Shown: positions 12,164-24,493 of the stretch, piece by piece
Layout of the letters: each line of letters opens with the position of its first letter
Numbering within the stretch: position 1 is the first letter of the stretch
Source of the DNA: Octopus sinensis
Lineage: Eukaryota
NCBI RefSeq assembly: GCF_006345805.1
Contig: NC_043020.1
Span: 6,138,001 to 6,202,000 of the forward strand
Length of the DNA stretch: 64,000 nucleotides
Direction: 5' to 3'
Position numbers and translations under genes: made by a program
Notes under the pieces: generated by a model
Told to the model about the DNA's origin: nothing
The model's database searches: none
The model's input: only the letters and a program-made list of their open reading frames with translations

Positions 12164-13405
12164 TTATACAGATGTGTGATAACCTTTGAAGTGGTGGCCA
12201 CATGCAGAACATTTGCGTGCAGTGACTGCGTTCTTTAACGTGCAGTTTTCGCACACCCTTTCGCCACTCTGTTTGTGATTCATCTGCTGGGTGGTGGCCA
12301 TATTGGAAACAGCATAGCGACTAGTTTCACAAAGGTAACACACTGACAAACTGCTCGGATTTTTCACAGTGCATTTGCCGCAGCTCCATTCGTTTTCCGA
12401 CGAAAGCGAGTCATTGCTGCTGAAGTTCAGCTTCGACTGATAGTCCATGGTCAAATCGGCAACGGGAGATTGCGGCGACGGTGTGTTCCGTTCGAAAGCT
12501 TTGCTACATCCGTTGTAGTCGTCGTAGGTTTTCCCCAGGGAGTGTTCCATGGGCTGTCTTGGTCTGCTGTTGCTGCTGTGTGACTGAATATTCAATGAAG
12601 GAGCATCGTATGAAGAGCCGTACGCCGAGTCTCGGTATGTGGATTCCACTTTGTAAGGAGACGTGGCCAGGCTGGAGTCCATAACGTAATTGTTTGTCGC
12701 CATATAGGGTGGAGAACTGACATGTTTTTCATACATGGGACTCGCACCGGAAAAGCAGTTCTGCGCAGAAGTATGTAGTAAATATTCATTATCACTACAG
12801 CCATCTGTCTGTAAACATAGGGGTCGTTTGTTTTTGTGAATTTGGAACTTTTCCTGTTGCTGACAGGAAAAAAAACTGTTGGCTAATATTTTGGGGGAGT
12901 GTTGTACTGTGTAAGAATATTTATCAAAGTTCTCGTATTTGTTTGAGTTAGATAAAGATCTACCGAGTGTATGAGAAGAATAAGGAGGAGGGGCTCGTTT
13001 CGAGACCAATGAGGGACTGTTGGTATCGTTACCATGGTAAGATTCTGGTAAACACCGAGAGTACTCACTGGACAGACTCGACTCAGTGCTTTTAGATAAT
13101 ACTTCGTTAGACTCTGATCTCAGTTTTTCCGCTAATTGCTTGCTGCTTCCACCACTTTCTAGATGCATGAGTAAAGCGGTTTCGTAGTCTGTTGATTGGG
13201 CCGATTCACAAGCTTTTGAGACGATCTTGTACTCACTGTACGCGAGCAGGCACTGAACGCTCATTTTTAAAAGGCATGCCGAGTCTGGTTTTGCATTTAA
13301 TTGAAAAGACTCTCCATGGATGGTTCGGTAACCGAATTTTTCAAGAATTTTATCAGCTCCTATAAGACATGGATCCAGCATAGTACGGTAGAATCCACAG
13401 TGGTG
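12164..13405 (-). CDS. SPATA2: SPATA2/Tamozhennic-like protein, terminal coding exon (413 aa: rest of PUB-like domain, Ser-rich linker, two RanBP2-type zinc fingers)
   Basis: Acceptor TATTAACTTCTTATTTTGTTTCTTTGCAG|CAC at 13406/13405 is phase 0 and in frame with the upstream exon. HHCGFYRTMLDPCL..ADKILEKFGY...KMSVQCLLAYSEY continues the PUB fold. WSCGKCTVKNPSSLSVCYLC (about 12329-12388) and VCENCTLKNAVTARKCSAC (about 12200-12256) fit the C-x2-C-x3-N-x6-C-x2-C finger pattern. Stop at 12164. Confidence 0.9.
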   Translation of the reverse strand, partial: HHCGFYRTMLDPCLIGADKILEKFGYRTIHGESFQLNAKPDSACLLKMSVQCLLAYSEYKIVSKACESAQSTDYETALLMHLESGGSSKQLAEKLRSESNEVLSKSTESSLSSEYSRCLPESYHGNDTNSPSLVSKRAPPPYSSHTLGRSLSNSNKYENFDKYSYTVQHSPKILANSFFSCQQQEKFQIHKNKRPLCLQTDGCSDNEYLLHTSAQNCFSGASPMYEKHVSSPPYMATNNYVMDSSLATSPYKVESTYRDSAYGSSYDAPSLNIQSHSSNSRPRQPMEHSLGKTYDDYNGCSKAFERNTPSPQSPVADLTMDYQSKLNFSSNDSLSSENEWSCGKCTVKNPSSLSVCYLCETSRYAVSNMATTQQMNHKQSGERVCENCTLKNAVTARKCSACGHHFKGYHTSV

Positions 13406-13696
13406 CTGCAAAGAAACAAAATAAGAAGTTAATACATCGGTTTCAAATTTTGGTAAAAGGCCAGAAATTTTGGTAAAAAATTTTGGTAAAAAATTTTGGT
13501 AAAAGGCCAGAAATTTCAGTGGGAGAGGGTGAGTCAATTACATCAAACCCAGTAATCACTGGTACTTATTTTATTCTTCTACTCTTTTACTTGTTTCAGT
13601 CATTTGACTGCGACCATGCTGGAGCACCGCCTTTAATCGAGCAACTCGACCCCGGGACTTATATATATATATATATATATATATACAAACAAACAT

Positions 13697-13870
13697 AGGC
13701 GCAGGAGTGGCTGTGTGGTAAGTAGCTTGCTAACCAACCACATGGTTCCGGGTTCAGTCCCACTGTGTGGCATCTTGGGCAAGTGTCTTCTGCTATAGCC
13801 CTGGGCCGACCAATGCCTTGTGAGTGGATTTGGTAGACGGAAACTGAAAGAAGCCTGTGGTATTTATGTG

Positions 13871-13901
<31 letters not shown>

Positions 13902-13915
13902 TGTGTGTATATATA

Positions 13916-13999
<84 letters not shown>

Positions 14000-14195
14000 T
14001 TTGTCCCTCTAGCATTGCTTGACAACCGATGCTGGTGTGTTTACGTCCCCGTCACTTAGCGGTTTGGCAAAAGAGTCCGATAGAATAAGTACAGGGCTTA
14101 CAAAGAATAAGTCCTGGGGTTGATTTGCTCGACTAAAGGCGGTGCTCCAGCATGGCCACAGTCAAATGACTGAAACAAGTAAGAGAGTAAAGAGT
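13697..14195 (+). mobile_element. SINE family 1, full length (SPATA2 intron)
   Basis: GGCGCAGGAGTGGCTGTGTGG head through GAGTAAAGAG tail. Confidence 0.88.
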
Positions 14196-14556
14196 ATATG
14201 CACTGACATACAAGCTCATGCACACTCATGTGCACCCATGTGACACAGGTTGGCACGTTCCCAATGAGCACATGGACACTGCCGAGAAACTTAAACACTA
14301 ACAAGCGTGCAACCATAAACCACAGCTTGCAAGGCGTCACCTTTGAGTCATCACACAGGCATGGGTGCAATACATATATACACACACACACATTACATAC
14401 ATACAATTCATACATACACACAATTCATACATACACACATTTACATACATATATATATATATACAAGACATACATATATACAATACATTTACATACATAC
14501 CTACATGTATAAATACATACACCTTATAGTGTCATCAGAACACTGAATATGAAGCG

Positions 14557-14640
14557 CAGGCTCTGATGAAGCTATAAGATGTTACTCAAGCACTCAATTA
14601 TGAGTGCACTGCATCTCATAGCAGAAACAGTTGTAAGCTG
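14557..14640 (+). ncRNA. Type I hammerhead ribozyme fold, partly degenerate
   Basis: CAGGCT-CTGATGA(14563-69)-A-GCTATAAGATG...CATCTCATAGC-A-GAAA(14624-27)-CAGTTG-TA-AGCTG. Stem II pairs 10 of 11 positions, and the cleavage triplet is GUA. There is an A-A mismatch at the base of stem II and stem I is weak. Confidence 0.6.
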
Positions 14641-15091
14641 ATGCAGTTCATTTTCTTTTGTCATCTCATTTCCTTATATTTGCTGTGCTTGAAAGGGCAT
14701 GTCACGCTAAGTAAAAGCATGGATGCCCTTGCATACAAGCTTGTACGTGCAGGTGCCATGTAAAAAGCACCTGTGTCAGTGCTGCATGGAAGCACCCAGT
14801 ATGCTCTGTAGAGTGACTGGCATTAGGAAGGGCATCCAGCTGCAGAAACCATGTCAAAACAGATATGGAGACTGAACAGTCCTTCAGCTACTTATTTTTG
14901 GTTGGTGTATTTACATCCCGATAACTTAGCAGTTCAGCAAACAGATGATAGAATAAGTAGGTTTTAAAAAATAAAAGTCCTGCAGTCAAATCGTTTGGCA
15001 AAAACACTCCATGGCTGAGCTCCAGCATGGCCGCAGTCAAATGACTGGGACAAATAAAAAGAACATATATACATATATATGTGTGTGTGTG

Positions 15092-15545
15092 CCGGTGACA
15101 CGTAAAAAGCACCAGCCAATCGTGGCCGTTGCCAGCCTCCCCTGGCACCTGTAGTGGTAACACGTAAAAAGCACCAGCTGATTGTGGCCATTGCCAGCCT
15201 CGCCTGGCCCCCGTGCCAGTGACACATAAAAAGCACCAGCCGATCGTGGCCGTTGCCAGCCGCCCCTGGCACCTGTAGTGGTAACACGTAAAAAGCACCA
15301 GCTGATTGTGGCCATTGCCAGCCTCGCCTGGCCCCCGTGCCAGTGACACATAAAAAGCACCAGCCAATCGTGGCCGTTGCCAGCCTCCCCTGGCACCTGT
15401 AGTGGTAACACGTAAAAAGCACCAGCTGATTGTGGCCATTGCCAGCCTCGCCTGGCCCCCATGCCAGTGACACATAAAAAGCACCAGCCGATCGTGGCCG
15501 TTGCCAGCCTCCCCTGGCACCTGTAGTGGTAACACGTAAAAAGCA
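15092..15545 (+). repeat. 62-bp tandem array with A/B alternation (124-bp higher-order unit)
   Basis: AAAAAGCACC recurs at 15104, 15166, 15228, 15290, 15352, 15414, 15476 and 15538. Confidence 0.9.
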
Positions 15546-15725
15546 CCCACTACACTTACGGAGTGGTTGGCGTTAGGAAGGGCATCCAGCTGCAGAAACA
15601 CTGCCAGATCAGACTGGAGCCTGGTGCAGCCCCCTGGCTTCCCAGACTCCGGTCAAACCATCCAACCCATGCTAGCATGGAAAACGAGCGTTAAAGGATG
15701 ATGATGATATGTATGTAATTATGTA

Positions 15726-15773
<48 letters not shown>

Positions 15774-16836
15774 CCTGCTCGCTTAGCCAGCGGGGTGGTG
15801 TCATTTGAAGGCTAAAACAATGCAAAGCGCATTGTGACCAGCGATGTGTAACAACATCTGATAGCCTGGTCGGTCAAAGTGATCAAAGTGAGATATCATC
15901 ATCATCATCATTTAGCGTCCCCTTTCCATGCTTGCATGGGTTGGACAGTTCAACTGGGGTCTGTGAAGCCAGAAGGCTGCATCAGGCCCAGTCTGATCTG
16001 GCAGTGTTTCTACGGCTGGATGCCCTTCCTAACGCCAACCACTCCGTGAGTGTAGTGGGTGCTTTTTACGTGCCACCCGCACAGGTGCCAGACGGAGCTG
16101 GCAAACGGCCACGATTGGATGGTGCCGTTTACATGCCACCGGCACGGGGGCCAGGCAAGGCTGGCATCGGCCACGAACGGATGGTGCTTTTTACGTGCCA
16201 CCGGCATGGAGGATATATATATATACACACACACACACACATACACAGGCTGGTGGGGGTGCAAAAGTAGGCATACAGTTAATATCACATCAATATTATA
16301 ATAAATTCATTGAAATTATTAGCATATTAAATTAGCCTAATTTTTGACATTTTCAGTGTCATTAATCATAACGATGCTTTTATTGTAACTTTTAATTCTA
16401 TCTTTCTCCATAACTGTACAAGTACACTTGCACTAAAGCAGCAGCAGCAGCAGAAGCAGCAGCAGAAAGTGGGAAAAGCCCAGTCAATAAAGTGTCATTG
16501 AGATTTAAGTGGGTGATTTTGTTGTTTTTTTTCTTTTCTTTTCTGGCATGCAGTTGACATTGTTGTTATTGTAGTAGGGGTGGTCGTAGTAGGGGTGGTA
16601 GTCATAAAGAACTGACTGTTGTGTAATCACGTTGCAAGTATTTAGGTCATCTATTTAATTGCCCGGCCGAGCGTGTTTGTGCAATGTGGGAAGAAGCTTG
16701 CTTCCCAACCACATGGTCCTGGGTTCAATCCCACTGAATGGTGGAACACTGGGCAAGTGTCTTTTTCTATAGCCTCGGACTGACCAAAGCCTTGTGAGTG
16801 AATTCGGTAGACAGAAACTGAAAGAAGCCCATCATA

Positions 16837-16999
16837 GGCGCAGGAGTGGCTGTGTGGTAACTAGCTTGCTAACCAGCCACATGGTTCCGGGTTCAGTCCC
16901 ACTGCGTGGCATCTTGGGCAAGTGTCTTCTGCTATAGCCCCGGGCTGACCAAAGCCTTGTGAGTGGATTTGGTAAACGGAAACTGAAAGAAGCCTGTCA

Positions 17000-17034
<35 letters not shown>

Positions 17035-17258
17035 GAGTGTGTGTGTATATGTTTGTGTGTCTGTGTTTGTCCCCCTAGCATTGCTTGACAACCGATGCAG
17101 GTGTGTTTACGTCCCCGTCACTTAGCGGTTCGGCAAAACAGACCGATAGAATAAGTACTGGGCTTACAAACAATAAGTCCCGGGGTCAATTTGCTCGACT
17201 AAAGGCGGTGTTCCAGCATGGCCGCAGTCAAATGACTGAAACAAGTAAAAGAGTAAAA
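16837..17258 (+). mobile_element. SINE family 1, full length
   Basis: Same head, microsatellite and tail. Confidence 0.88.
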
Positions 17259-17615
17259 GAGTATATATATATATCTCATCTTCATCATCGTTTAATGTCC
17301 ACTTTCCATGCTGGCATAGGTTGGACAGTTTGACTGAGGACTGGTGAACCAGAGGCTGCACCAGGCTCCAATCTTGATCTGGTAGAGTTTCTACAGCTGG
17401 ATGCCCTTCCTAATGCCCTTCCTAACCACCCCAAGAGTGTAGTGGGTGCTTTTACATGACACGGGCACAAGGGCCAGTCAGACGATTCTGGCAATGACCA
17501 CGCTCAAAAGGTGTTGTTTACGTACTACCTGCACAAGAGCCAGTCTGGTGACACTGACAATGACCACGCCCAAATGTTGTTTACACACATATACACATAT
17601 CTATATATACCTATT

Positions 17616-17661
<46 letters not shown>

Positions 17662-17665
<4 letters not shown>

Positions 17666-17830
17666 ATCCAAACAAGAAAGCACAAAAAAACACAACGCGA
17701 GGACGTGGAACAAATATAGTATTATTGGACACTCAGGAAAGAAGTGAAGAAGGAGGGTTTAACGTTTCGAGCGGAGCTCTTTGTTGGAAACATAGAAGGA
17801 AAGATCCAGAGAAGGGAAGACAGAGGAAAA
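17662..17830 (-). mobile_element. Penelope-like terminal-repeat fragment with a dead minimal hammerhead (17791-17757)
   Basis: The minus strand reads GTTT-CCAACAA-A-GAGC-TCC-GCTC-GAAA-CGT-T-AAAC. Stems I, II and the ACGT stem III are perfect, but the core is mutated from CUGANGA. The Penelope assignment rests on the known association of minimal hammerheads with PLEs. Confidence 0.5.
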
Positions 17831-17996
17831 AAAAAATATATATATATATTATATATATATATGCATATATAATAATTTCAATTAGAGGTTAAATAAACCT
17901 CATTAAGGGATGGTAGTATCCAAAGACTTACTGGTTCGTTATCTAATATTTGTTGTGAATATCTTTCTTCATACACACACACATGCATATAGACAT

Positions 17997-18039
<43 letters not shown>

Positions 18040-18167
18040 ATAATAATTATTTGAGGGAATATTATTCCTAACTTACAGGGAAAAATTCAATTTAGAAATA
18101 CTAAATCAAATTTCACAAAATATAATATATATATTATATATATAAATATAAAAGGTGGTTTATTCTA

Positions 18168-18209
<42 letters not shown>

Positions 18210-19172
18210 ATACAGAGTAGCTGCAGTCTAATGACTGAAACAAGTAAAAGATATAAGATGAAAGATATGCATCCATATGTGTGGATGCATATGTATAGGC
18301 ACATATACGCTTGCATATATAGTTGCACATATGCACATGTCTGTGTTTGTGAATTTTTACGTGTGCATGAATGTGTGTGAGGATGTCCCCATAACTTAGC
18401 TACAGAATAAGTACAAGGCTTAAAAAAAAAACTGGAATCGATTCATTCAACTAAAATTCTCGGGGGTGGTGCCCAGCAGGGCTACAGTCTTAATTACTAA
18501 ATGCCTCCCCTGTCATCATGTATGTATACTTTATGCACTCCTCCTACTGCATTAAGAGTATTTTAGCTCTTATTTTTAGCATCATAGGTGCTCTAGCATC
18601 CTAAGTCACTCTTAGCGATGGTTGACTCTTTCCTTTCTGATGTCAAATTGCACCTGGCTGTTAATATTAATTTTTAGTATACAAAGTATACCATCCAAAC
18701 GTGGCCGATGCCAGCGCCACCTGACTGGCTCCCATGCCGGTGGCACGTAAAAAGCACCACCTGAATGTCGTCAATGCCAGCAGCCCCCTCACCCCATCTG
18801 GCCCCTGTGCCGGTAGCACGTAAAAAGCACCCAGTACACTCTCGGAGTTGTTGGCGTTAGGAAGGGCATCCAGCTGTAGAAACTCTGCCAGATCAAGATT
18901 GGAGCCTGGTGCAGCCATCTGGTTCGCCAGACCTCAGTCAAATCGTCCAACCCATGCCAGCATGGAAAGCAGACGTTAAACAATGATGATGATGATGATG
19001 ATGATAAGGCGGCGAGCTGGCAGAAACGTTAGCACGCCGGGCGAAATGTGTAGCCATATTTCGTCTGTCGCTACGTTCTGAGTTCAAATTCCGCCAAGGT
19101 CGACTTTGCCTTTCATCCTTTCGGGGTCGATAAATTAAGTACCAGTTACGCACTGGGGTCGATGTAATCGGC

Positions 19173-19390
19173 TTAACCCTTTAGTGTTCTGATTATTCTA
19201 TCAAACATAATGGTTATTGATTCCCATTGATTTGAATTAATCATGCATTATCTCATATCTTCAAGATCTTGATGGTGTAATTACATAATGTAGAATAACA
19301 TTGTAGGGTAGGTGTGAGAGCCTGGATCTGGTCAGTTTGAACATAAAAACAGATTAAATATTTTGGCCGGTTTAAATACTAAAGGGTTAA
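19173..19390. mobile_element. Second TTAA-MITE family, copy 1
   Basis: TTAA-CCCTTTAGTGTT...AATACTAAAGGG-TTAA. Confidence 0.75.
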
Positions 19391-19532
19391 TCTGTTTGTC
19401 TGTCCTTGTTTGTCCCCTCTGTGTTTAGCCCCTTGTGGGTAGTAAAGAAATAAATGATGATGATGATGATGTAATTCTAAGATTCAAGGATATAGGTGTA
19501 GGAAGTCGAGCTTTAAGCAGTCCATAGTAGGT

Positions 19533-19761
19533 TTAACCCTTTAGTGTTCAGATTATTCTGTTAAATGTAATACCTTTTCACTCTAATTGTTTTGAATTAA
19601 TCATGCATTATCTTATAGCTTTGAGGTTTCAATGATGTGATTGTTTATTTTCAGAATGACATTGTAGGTTAGGAGTGAAAGGCTGGATATCACCAGTTTG
19701 AATATAAAACATGTAGAATATATTGGGCCGGATTTGGCCGGTTTAAACACTAAAGGGTTAA
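19533..19761. mobile_element. Second TTAA-MITE family, copy 2
   Basis: TTAA-CCCTTTAGTGTT...AACACTAAAGGG-TTAA; interior homologous to copy 1. Confidence 0.75.
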
Positions 19762-19859
19762 AACACAACTTTCAGGAAGTTTATATAAATAAAGATGGGG
19801 AATATTTGACACACAATTTTTGAATTCCCTATTACACATTTTTCTTAATACAGGAAATA

Positions 19860-20230
19860 TACTGTGACTAAAGAAACAGATGTGTTGTCAGTGGAATATC
19901 CGCAACATAGAACAGCAAGATCAGATGGCAAATGCCAAAATTTCAAAAGAACGTGATTTCCCTTAGTAGCAAAAACATGCTGCAGAGAACTCAATACAGA
20001 TGGGTAGGGCATGTTGGAATGAAAGATGATCACATTCCAAAAATCTTTCTGTAGGGGGTGGGGATTCCACAGTAAAGGAAGGCCCGTCCTTAAGCATAAA
20101 GATAAGTTGAAACAATCACCAAAACCTCAACGGAATGATCTGACGTCTTGGGAAAGTGATTGCCTTGATCGATTGGCGTGGCATAAAATGTCTCAGGATG
20201 CATCAAAGCAATTTGGGTTGAAGAATTCTG
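19860..20230 (+). mobile_element. Old RTE LINE 3' ORF remnant
   Basis: Degenerate RWVGHV..MKDDHIPK...GRPVLKHKDKLK motifs. Confidence 0.5.
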
Positions 20231-20394
20231 CTGAGATCAACTTAGCCTTTCATCATTCAGGGATCAATAAATTAAGTACCAGTCACGTACTGGGGCCAAT
20301 GTGATCAACTTAAACACACCAGACAAATTTCAGGCTTTGTACCTGTAGTATAAAGGATGATTATTATTATTATTATTATTATTCACTTTTTTTA

Positions 20395-20790
20395 TTCTTT
20401 TACTTATTTTAGTCATTTGGCTGTGGCCATGCTGGAGCACCGCCTTTAGTCGAGTAAATCGACCCCAGGACATTCTTTCAAAGCCCAGTACTTATTCTAT
20501 TGGTCTCTTTTTGCCGAACCACTAAGTTATGGGGACGTAAACACACCATCATCGGTTGTCAAGCAGTGTGTGTGTGTGGGGGGGGCAAACACAGACATAC
20601 AAACATACATACATACACACATACATATATATATACACGACGGGCTTCTTTCAGTTTCTGTCTACCAAATCCACTCATAAGGCTTTGGGTGGCCTGAGGC
20701 TATAGTAGAAGACACTTGCCCAAGGTGCCACGCAGTGGGACTGAACCCGGAACCATGTGGTTCATAAGAAAGCTACCTACCACACAGCCA
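20395..20790 (-). mobile_element. SINE family 1
   Basis: Reverse-complement copy. Confidence 0.82.
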
Positions 20791-22107
20791 CAGTTTCTAT
20801 GCCTATTATCATTATCATTATTATTATTATTATTCATAGGGTCGTGAGCTGGCAGAATCATTAGCACATAACATATGAATCACAAATGAATGACAAAAAT
20901 AATGGCGAATGTTATTTTATTACCTTCTTCAATATTTTTGAAATTAATTGAAACAAAAGCAGTGTTTTTCAACAGGAATATGGTAACGGAAAGGTTACAG
21001 CATGATGGAAGAAACATTACTTTGCTTGGAAACAGGTGAGAGTTGGCAACAAGAAAGATATATACTTTTCTAGACGAGGCACAAGGCCCAAAGTTTTTGG
21101 GTCAGTCGATTGGATCAACCCTAGTACGCAACTGGTACTTAATTTACCGACCCCAAAAGGATGAAAGGAAAAGTTGACCTTGGTGGAATTTTAACTCAGA
21201 ATATAGCGGCAGACGAAATACCGCTAAGCATTTTGCCCGACGTGCTAACATTTCTGCCAGCTTGCCACTTTAGTCTATAGAAATATTCTTTTCTACTCTA
21301 GGCACAAGGCCCAAAATTCTTGAGGAGGGGGGCCAGTCGATTAGATTGACCCCAGTACGCAACTGGTACTTAATTTACTGGCCCCAAAAGGATGAAAGGA
21401 AAAGTTGACCTCGGTGGAATTTGAACTCAGAACATAGCGGCAGATGAAATACCTATTTCTTTACTACCCACAAGGGGCTAAACACAGAGGGGACAAACAA
21501 GGACAGACAAATGGATTAAGTCGATTATATAGACCCCAGTGTGTAACTGGTACTTAATTTATCGACCCTGGAAGGATGAAAGGCAAAAGCGACCTCGGAG
21601 GAATTTGAACTCAGAACGTAGCGACAAACGAAATACCGCTAAGTATTTTGCCCGGTGTGCTAACACTTCTGCCAGCTCGCTGCCCTAGAAGTGTAGGATA
21701 TAGTCATAGAAAATCTACTTCAATAAACTGCATCAAATCAGGAAGTGAGGAAAAGTGGACATTATAATGACAATGATGATGATGATGATATGTGACTGTG
21801 TCTGTATATGTATACATAAGTGTGTGGATGAGAGAGTGAAAATTTCCTGTCTGCACTTGTTCTTTCATTGACTGGGTAGAATAGAGTTGCTAATGGTGTT
21901 GTTTGCTTCCTGTGCACCATACAAAGTACATGTGGGCTTCAAGACATGTCTTGATATGTTTCGTGATTGTTGTAATACAAAACGCCCATTCATACAATAT
22001 GGTTTGTTTCTGATTCACCATGTAAACATGCCTGGACTGTTTTTTGTTCCCGGTTGACTAGGAGATATTCTCGTCTGATCCATTTAAGCATGGAAAAATA
22101 AACATTT

Positions 22108-22375
22108 GGCACGTAAAAAGCACCATCCGATCGTGGCCGTTGCCAGCCACGCCTGGCCCCCGTGCTGGTGGCACATAAAAAGCACCATCCAACCGTGGCC
22201 GTTGCCAGCCTCGCCTGGCCCCCGTGCCGGTGGCACATAAAAAGCACCATCCAATTGTGGCCGTTGCCAGCCTCGCCTGGCCCCCGTGCTGGTGGTACGT
22301 AAAAAGCACCATTCGACCGTGGCCGTTTGCCAGCCCCGTCTGGCACCTGTGCCGGTGGCACGTAAAAAGCACCCA
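22108..22375 (+). repeat. 62-bp tandem array, about 4 units, same family
   Basis: AAAAAGCACC at 22115, 22177, 22239, 22301 and 22364. Confidence 0.85.
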
Positions 22376-24127
22376 CTATACTTACGGAGTAGTTGGTGTT
22401 AGGAAGGGCATCCAGTCATAAAAACATTGCCAGATCAGACTGGGCCTGGTGCAGCCTTCTGGTTTCCCAGACCCCAGTTGAACCGTCCAACCCATGCCAG
22501 CATGGAAAGCGGACGCTAAATGATGATGATGATGATGAACACGACAACAACAATGATTTGTTAACTGGCTTCGGTTGCTGGACTGTAGCCATGCTGGAGC
22601 ATATATTCTATTTAATCAACTGCAGAAATATGAACAGCAAATCGCATCTGGAAGGGATTTGAGTTAATGTCAAAAGGAGTAATAAAACACCACAAGGTAT
22701 TTTGTATGAAATTGAAAATCGAAATCTAAATCTTTCAACATCAATGGAAATTGTAGCTGAGATACCAGTGCCGGTGGCACATAAGAGAACCATTCGAATG
22801 TGGCCATTGCCAGCGCCGCCCCGGCTGGCCTCCGTGCCAGTGGGACGTAAAAAGCACCATCCGACCGTGGCCGTTTGCCAGCCCCGTCTGGCACCTGTGC
22901 CAGTGGCGCGTAAAAAGCACCCACTACACTCACGGAGTGGTTGGCGTTAGGAAGGGCATCCAGCCGTAAAAACATTGCCAAATCAGACTGGAGCCTGGTG
23001 CAGCCTTCTGGCTTCCCAGACCCCTTTTGAACCAAAGCATTTAATCCATTTTGCCAAATAACTGATTTTTGGCCTACCCCTTGGTTTATTTTCAAGGCTA
23101 TCATCTCCTAAACAAGAGCTTTGGAACCATTTCTGAACAGTTCTGATGTCAACAAAACCATTACCAAAAGCCAGCTTTATATTCCGTTGAGCTTCTGCGG
23201 CAGAGTGACCCAGTTTGTACTTATATGAGAAAATTACTCAACATAGTTTGGTTGTTATCATTTTCATAAGGTCGGTGGGTACAAATTTTGTATACCAATA
23301 TTGTTGGGACAGGAAAAGAGTCAAGATTAAATGTAAAGTATACATAATTGAGTTTTTAATTGACTGCGAAACAGCCTAATACATATAGTTATTTGTTTTG
23401 TTGTGTATATGTGTATGTATATTTTTTATGTCTTTCAACATACAGACACTGCAGCAAGGACTTTAAAGGAAAAAACTTTCACTATAATGATAAGTTGTTA
23501 TTGTTGTTGAGGGGGGGGGGGAGAGGGAGTATGAAGGGGACAATTAAAAATTGCTCTGAGAAAACAGAAAACAGGTTCTTGTGATCATTGTCGTAGGCTT
23601 ATGCTAAATGGTCCATTTTTTTTCTCAGCTGGGTCATTGCCCAGCAGCGTAGTGACAGGTCACGACTGGTCGTTACTAAAAGTGAACAAACTAATTGTTG
23701 TTGCTGCTTTGGTTATTGTAACAATGCAAGTGGAATGGGCAGCTTCGTGAAGGCAATGCTGATACTATCTCACTAGCACTTCAAGTGGACTAATTGGTTT
23801 TCCTCGCTGCCTCTAGAATAACTAAAATAACGCAAAAGTGAATAATTTATTAGGAGAGAGAGGGAAATAGAGAAAGAGGGAGGGAGATAAAGTGTGTGTG
23901 TACGTGTGCCAGCTAGGACAGGCTAAAATTTCTTTTCTGTTTTTTTTAGCCTGGGCAAGCATAATTATTGAAATACAATTGAATCATTAATTTTATAATT
24001 GCTTTTGTATGTCACCAAGCCAAGTAAAGCAGATAAATGGGTACATAGACGGGTAGGTACACGGGGGTGCAGACAGGGAGGTACATAGACAGGCTGTTAG
24101 GCAGGTGGTCAAACAGACAGGTAGAAA

Positions 24128-24493
24128 GGCGGCGAGCTGGCAGAAACGTTAGCCCGCCGGGCGAAATGCTTAGCAGTATTTCGTCTGCCGTTACGTTCTG
24201 AGTTCAAATTCTGCCGAGGTCGACTTTGCCTTTCATCCTTTCGGGGTCGATAAATTAAGTACCAGTTATGCACTGGGGTCGATATAATCGACTTAATCCG
24301 TTTGTCTGTCCTTGTTTGTCTCCTCTGTGTTTAGCCCCTTGTGGGTAGTCGAGGTCGACTTTGCCTTTCATCCTTTCGGGGTCGATAAATTAAGTACCAG
24401 TTACACACTGGAGTTGATGTAATCGACTTAATACCTATGTCTGTCCTTGTTTGTCCCCTCTGTGTTTAGCCCCTTGTGGGTAGTAAAGAAATA
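24128..24493 (+). mobile_element. SINE family 2, dimer
   Basis: Head plus two cores. Confidence 0.82.

Noticed and set aside
13406-13537. First 44 codons of the 457-aa ORF (MTHPLPLKF...)
   Set aside because: Intronic. It runs through a SINE tail with an AAATTTTGGTAAAA tandem, and the real exon starts at the CAG acceptor at 13405.
14888-15601. Long ORFs over the tandem arrays (also 56277-57158 and 45515-46076)
   Set aside because: Open only because the stop-free units repeat; they are open in several frames and have no splice or homology support.
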